DNA of 39,332 nt from Octopus bimaculoides (taxonomy: Eukaryota): positions 17,243,342 through 17,282,673 of the forward strand of contig NC_068982.1 in assembly GCF_001194135.2 (NCBI RefSeq), in the 5' to 3' direction. The notes under the pieces were generated by a model. That model had not been told where the DNA came from. It saw nothing but the letters and a program-made list of their open reading frames with translations, and searched no databases. Positions 34,007 to 39,332 of the stretch are shown here, in pieces. The position numbers were made by a program, and so were the translations under genes. Within the stretch, counting starts at the first letter, position 1; each line of letters opens with the position of its first letter.

Positions 34007-34270
34007 TACACACACTCGCACATACACACACTCGCACAATCACATATATACAAACACAGGCACACGCACACACACACACACACACATACACACACATACA
34101 CAAACACACACACACGCACATTAATTTATATGCATACGTTCGCATCTGCTGTGTATGTGTGTACGAGTGTTTTATTTGTACGTATGCGTGTGTGTGTGTG
34201 TGTATGTGTGTGTGCACGGGTAAGTATTTCTGTATTGTCCTTCTAAGTTTACACATGCATGTATGTATGT
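33975..34270. repeat. Compound (CA)n then (TG)n microsatellite
   Basis: CA-rich at 33975-34120 followed by TG-rich at 34150-34270. Confidence 0.9.
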
Positions 34271-34522
34271 ATTCGTCCATCTGCGTGTGTGCACAGACGA
34301 ACGTCAGTCTGCAGCGAATAATATAAACACATCAATCAAAACAAATCATAAGGGCCAAGGGAAATAACTCCAGTCTGCCAAACGCTAACACAGGCCAATA
34401 TATGATGGAATTTTAGAATCGTTTATTCCTTTATCCTTCTAATCGTACTAGGCAATAGAATGCAGCTTTACTTAGCTTTACTAAGGCATCGCCTTGAAAT
34501 ACGAAAACTAGTCTGCGCCTCA

Positions 34523-34895
34523 TAGATTAATGTGTGTGTGTGTGTGTGTTTTGCGTGTATGCGCGTATGCGTACATATAGATTAATGTGTGTGTATGTTT
34601 GCGTGTATGCGCGTGTGTATGTGTGCTTGTGTATGTGTGTGTCTGTGCGTGTGTGTCTGTGTGTGAGTGTGTATGTGTGTGTCTGTGCGTGTGTGTCTGT
34701 GTGTGAGTGTGTATGTGTGTGTTTGTGTGTGTGTTTTGCGTGTATGCGCATGTGCGTGCATATAGATTAATATGTGTGTATGTTTGCGTGTATGCGTGTG
34801 TGTGTGTGTGTGCTTGTGTATGTGTGTGTCTGTGCGTGTGTGTCTGTGTGTGAGTATGTATGTGTGTGAGTGTGTATGTATGTGTATGTGTGTGA
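34523..34895. repeat. Degenerate (TG)n array with higher-order duplication
   Basis: The landmark atagattaat recurs at about 34523, 34577 and 34761; 40-bp blocks are duplicated. Confidence 0.85.
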
Positions 34896-35109
34896 GACTT
34901 TTAAGAATGAACGATCCAAGGCTCTCTTCAGGGCCAAGCAAGATTAAATTGTTACCATCGGATTCATCTTTGCTGACAGCACCGCCGCAGAGATATTTCA
35001 TAGAGAACGTTCAAAGGCCCTCTTTATGGCCAACACCTGTAAATTGCTACTTCTATAGTCGTGTTTGACGGAAGTTTTTCGGTTCATTTGAACGACTACT
35101 CCATTGAGA

Positions 35110-35143
35110 GTTGTACCGGGCAGCGCCGGGTACCTCTGCTAGT
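35110..35143 (+). mobile_element. Possible Helitron-type 3' terminus
   Basis: GC-rich hairpin CCGG-GCAGCG-CCGG (35116-35129) followed 9 nt later by CTAG|T (35139-35143). No 5' end or helicase was recognised. Confidence 0.4.
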
Positions 35144-35723
35144 AGCAAATAAGTTACTAAAATATTGCAAAACTTTTGACTCAACACAATATTATTGTGA
35201 GTATCACGTGTACAGCTTTTATCTATTTGGATTATATGTTTGAATGTGATCCCTACTAAGGGTTTCGTGTTGTATTCATGTTCTTGTATTATCAAACACA
35301 ATGCACCAATATTATTAGTTCCATCTTACTCTCATGTTGCTTATTCTCACGTCGCATTCCTTGTTCTTTAATAAATTTTCGACTTATTTCGTAGCTTAGG
35401 TTTTGTTTGGAAGAGATCGAAACACGAGAGCTTACAGGGTCTTTGGTGTTTGTGTTTATATTTCATTGGGATACCAAAGAGATTCCTTTTCAAAGTCTTG
35501 TCCGTTTCTAGAACGACATGTCTCAGAATATTTTCAATAACTACTCGGTTCGCCAAAATGCGTTCTTTACATCGATGCATCTGTTTCCAACTGACCTTCT
35601 GATCCTCTGGCAAAATGTAACCGTTTTCAACCTACAGGAGTCTAAAGATGTTATGACATTGTATATTATTGATAAACAAGAAATCGGTCAGTTACCACGC
35701 GTGCGTGTGCATGAATGCACGTG

Positions 35724-35816
35724 GAGAGAGAGAAATAGAGAGAAAGAAAGAGAGCGAGAGAGATAAAGAGAGAGAGAGAGAGAGAGAGAGAGATAAGGAG
35801 AGAGAGAGAGAGAGAG
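35724..35816. repeat. (GA)n microsatellite
   Basis: Imperfect GA run. Confidence 0.9.
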
Positions 35817-35944
35817 TTCCTTTTCATCTACTTTCAGGTAAATGGGATTTTCTTCCCTTTAAAAACCAGATATTGATTCTGGTCCCTGTAGTAATTCCTT
35901 GACAGTTATTAACAATACTACCTTATGTCTATTGTTTAAGCAAG

Positions 35945-36287
35945 GGTAACGGGTAAAGACCCCTTTCAGTCATGAATAACCATGGGATTGCCCCTAGAAA
36001 GTTCCCCTCCAAGGCACAAGTTCGGGCAAGGTTATTTATGGAAGACCAGCAATCGCCCATGCATAACAATCTCTCCTTTCCACTCCAACGATGTTATCCA
36101 AGGGAAAGGCAAAAACCGATACAGCTTGGCACCAATGACATCACGACTCATTTCTACGGCTGAGTGAACCGGAGCAACGTGAAATAAAGTGTCTTGCTCA
36201 AGAACACACAGCACAGCCCGGTCCGGGATCGAACTCACTCCCTCGTGATTATGAGCCCGACTCTCTAACTACTGAACTCTGCGTCGT
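35945..36287 (-). mobile_element. tRNA-derived SINE (separate family)
   Basis: The minus strand begins with A-box-like AGTTCAGTAGTTAGAG, B-box-like GAGTTCGATCCC, then TGTGTTCTTGAGCAAGACACTTTA (CORE/V-like segment). Confidence 0.75.
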
Positions 36288-36448
36288 AAACGGACTCAAT
36301 TTACGACTCTTCCAGATATAAGCACTTTCAATCCTATTGGTAAATACTCTGCTACATATGCTGGGTAACTTGATTTTGTATTTGGTTTGGCTTGGAAGAT
36401 TCTTGATGTGAAATGGTGTGTGGAAACAAATTTTATTGTGTCTAGGGA

Positions 36449-36754
36449 GTCATTACGCCAATAATAATAGCACATGCGCAGGTTCGATTTCACTTCTTTA
36501 TCGCTAGTCAGTTGGTTCGATATCTAACCAACTAACTGATCATTCGTTTGTTTAATGTATTGATGCGAGAGGGGAGGTTACTAGGTCACTGAAAAGGTTG
36601 CGAACAGCGACGAAAGAACTTTGACTAACAAACAACTGATTCACTGTTTAACCAGCACATTGAATAAACGACCGGTTAGTTAGTTGATTAGATACTGATT
36701 GACAATGAAGAAATGGAACTGAACCTGTGTGTGTGTTACTATTGGTGTAATGAC
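36449..36754. mobile_element. Fold-back / long-TIR MITE-like element
   Basis: Imperfect inverted arms of about 100-110 bp: gtcattacgccaataataa...caggttcg...tatctaaccaactaactga...tttaatgt versus acattgaataaacgaccggttagttagttgattagata...gaacctg...ttactattggtgtaatgac. Confidence 0.7.
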
Positions 36755-38250
36755 CCACCCAATCTTGGGTAATATTTGCTGCGATATTGTATTTCTCTAT
36801 CGTGAATCCTTACTAAACATTTATGTTTCTTTTACTCTTTACTTCTCTCAGTCGTTGAACTGCGTCCATGCTGGAGCAGCATTCCACATCTTCCCTTAAT
36901 GAATGAGTATTTTTTTATAGATGATGGTGGTATACCTTCCAATTTTAAGGTGTCAATTTTTCCTTGACGTTTCTATGCCAAAGTTTCAGAATTCGTTTCA
37001 AATTCGTACGTAATTCTAGTTTGTTGAAGAAACGCTCTTTTTCTTTTTTTTTTTTTTTTTTTTNNNNNNNNNNNNNNNNNNNNNNNNNNNNNNNNNNNNN
37101 NNNNNNNNNNNNNNNNNNNNNNNNNNNNNNNNNNNNNNNNNNNNNNNNNNNNNNNNNNNNNNNNNNNNNNNNNNNNNNNNNNNNNNNNNNNNNNNNNNNN
37201 NNNNNNNNNNNNNNNNNNNNNNNNNNNNNNNNNNNNNNNNNNNNNNNNNNNNNNNNNNNNNNNNNNNNNNNNNNNNNNNNNNNNNNNNNNNNNNNNNNNN
37301 NNNNNNNNNNNNNNNNNNNNNNNNNNNNNNNNNNNNNNNNNNNNNNNNNNNNNNNNNNNNNNNNNNNNNNNNNNNNNNNNNNNNNNNNNNNNNNNNNNNN
37401 NNNNNNNNNNNNNNNNNNNNNNNNNNNNNNNNNNNNNNNNNNNNNNNNNNNNNNNNNNNNNNNNNNNNNNNNNNNNNNNNNNNNNNNNNNNNNNNNNNNN
37501 NNNNNNNNNNNNNNNNNNNNNNNNNNNNNNNNNNNNNNNNNNNNNNNNNNNNNNNNNNNNNNNNNNNNNNNNNNNNNNNNNNNNNNNNNNNNNNNNNNNN
37601 NNNNNNNNNNNNNNNNNNNNNNNATGGCGACAGAGTAAATCAAATCTTTTTTAGTCTATTGATACATCGGTGTACTTCAATGGAAAGAATTTTCTTGTGT
37701 GCGTGTGGTGGTGGGGGGAGGGCTCGCGGAGCATGGTCGGGGCGGGCGAGTATTGAACTGCTTTATTATTATTTGCCATAGATGTTTGTGTTTATCCGTG
37801 GCTTGGGAAGGTGTTTCCGTCGATCCAGCTTTATTGAATTCTTCCATTTCCATTATTGTTTATATTAAAATTTCCTCATTGTTGATTCTGCTTATTCTAT
37901 TGTACTCCGTACTTTTTATTCCTTTTCATTCTTATGTATAAAGGTCGACACCAAATTTTTGTGTCGGTTTGAGAATTCGCATCATTGTTTCCATGGGGGT
38001 TCTTGTGTCGATCTTCATCCTTGTTAAGGGGCTGCTTTATATTCTTCTTTTATTAAATGACTTCTCATTAATGGCTGTCGTCGGGTTCTCTTGAATTATT
38101 CTCCCGTTGTGTCTGAGAGTCTCTTCTTCGGTTTCTGATGTTCCTTTCTACTCTTGTTTATTGTCTTTGTTCTTGTGAGGATTCAGGTGTTTTGTGTCTG
38201 GTAAGTTCTGTTGTGTTGCTTCTCTTGGCTCTATAGCAAATTACTTTTTA

Positions 38251-38254
38251 TCAT

Positions 38255-38289
<35 letters not shown>

Positions 38290-38392
38290 CCATCACCACC
38301 ACCACCACCATCGTCATCATCATCATCACCATTATCATCATCACCATCATCATCATCGACATCATCATCCTCATCATCATCATCATCACCAC

Positions 38393-38442
<50 letters not shown>

Positions 38443-38516
38443 CCATCATCACCATTATCGCCATCATCATCATCATCATAATCATCATCATCATCACCAT
38501 TATCAACTTCATCATC

Positions 38517-38569
<53 letters not shown>

Positions 38570-38597
38570 AATCATCATCATCATCACCATTATCAAC

Positions 38598-38647
<50 letters not shown>

Positions 38648-38772
38648 TATCATCATCATCATCATCAACAACACCATTATCAACTTCATCATCATCATTA
38701 TCATCATCATCACCATTATCATCATCATCACCACCATCATCATCATCATCATCAACATCATCATCTTTATTA
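38251..38772. repeat. Long imperfect (CAT)n array, about 520 bp
   Basis: Trinucleotide array with CAC/ATT variants; the source of the poly-Ile and poly-Met ORFs. Confidence 0.95.
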
Positions 38773-38900
38773 TTAGCGGCATTTCATCAGTCTTCGTGTT
38801 TTGGGTTCAAATTACGTCAGGGTCGACTTCCATCCTTTCGGGGATCGATAAAATAAGTACCAGTGAAACACTGAAGTCGATATAATCGACTAATCCTTCC
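38773..38900 (+). mobile_element. SINE family B, 5'-truncated and degraded
   Basis: ttagcggcatttc...gggttcaaattacgtcagggtcgacttccatcctttcggggatcgataaaataagtaccag...gtcgatataatcgactaat. Confidence 0.75.
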
Positions 38901-38911
38901 CCCACCCAAAT

Positions 38912-39281
38912 TTGGTCTTGTGCTGCAATTAAAAATCCTTCAGTCTCTGCTTTGATTCCTGAGCTTCTCAGTGATCGTTGGGATTTTGCTTCGTCTATTT
39001 CTTTTCTGTTTAGCTTAACCCAATATTTTCCATGATGGGGCTTTGCTTGTCATCTTTTAATCATGATCCGTTGTTGTTCCAGTTTTAGTTTAGGTTTCAG
39101 TTGTTCTACAGCTTTTGTTGTTTCTTCTTTTTCTACATCGTTGTTAGGTACTATGTCTTCTTTTTTTTGTATTTGTCAGCTTCCTTAAAGACGGAAAACA
39201 GTTTTTTGTTTTGTTCGTGTTTTGTAGCTATTTGTATTAGTTTTCCTTGCTTCTGAAGTAGGTATTTTTGTAGTCCTATGG
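38912..39281 (-). mobile_element. R4/Dong-clade non-LTR retrotransposon ORF relic
   Basis: The minus strand reads IGLQKYLLQKQGKLIQIATKHEQNKKLFSVFKEADKYKK, then after frameshifts QAKPHHGKYW and LRSSGIKAETEGFLIAAQDQ (38971-38912). ETEGFxxAAQDQ is the recalled post-RT motif of R4/Dong elements. Flanked by (TAA/CAA)n repeats. Confidence 0.75.
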
Positions 39282-39332
39282 TTGTTGTTGTTATTATTAT
39301 TATTACTATCATCATTGTTATTATTATTAGAT

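Noticed and set aside
1085-37643. Long ORFs made mostly of X (e.g. 2933-3809, 16845-17736, 18318-19229, 32061-32937, 36945-37643)
   Set aside because: They run through N gaps and TA/CA repeats; only the RTE portion at 19097-19444 is real coding-derived sequence.
36945-38245. Strand-biased A-rich minus-strand segment with faint Penelope GIY-YIG-like words (DLIYSVA, EKERFFNK)
   Set aside because: Many stops and a gap in the middle; similarity too weak to call without BLASTX.
38211-38885. 224-aa poly-Ile ORF (+) and 183-aa poly-Met ORF (-)
   Set aside because: Translations of the (CAT)n microsatellite; no splice or codon evidence for a gene.

Overview
AT-rich, microsatellite-dense animal genomic DNA from a gapped draft scaffold. 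There are 12 N-gaps: 1164-1383, 3000-3669, 6379-6559, 9501-9904, 10814-10823, 11693-11702, 16925-17608, 18476-19096, 29719-29884, 32128-32732, 33674-33825 and 37064-37623. The repeat landscape looks like Octopus/coleoid cephalopod (inference from recalled repeat families, not a search). The only recognisable gene is the 5' part of a FHIP2/FAM160B orthologue (FTS-Hook-FHIP dynein adaptor complex) on the + strand. Three short coding exons (329-373, 20756-20834, 27761-27930) splice in frame with GT-AG boundaries to give 98 aa starting [37 protein letters not shown]. None of them appears in the supplied ORF track in the correct frame. Intron 1 is about 20.4 kb and intron 2 about 6.9 kb; exon 4 was not found. 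The rest is intron filled with RTE-clade LINE fragments, several tRNA-derived SINE families, MITEs (hAT-, pogo/Tc2-, piggyBac- and mariner-like), an R4/Dong LINE relic, Penelope-like fragments and simple repeats. The long ORFs in the track are gap or microsatellite artefacts. I found no convincing new protein-coding system. The best leads are Penelope-type minimal hammerhead-ribozyme-like motifs with atypical cores, a compound nested transposon with intact target-site duplications, fold-back and inverted repeats that could form dsRNA in the pre-mRNA, and a CpG shift after exon 3 that coincides with the missing exon 4.
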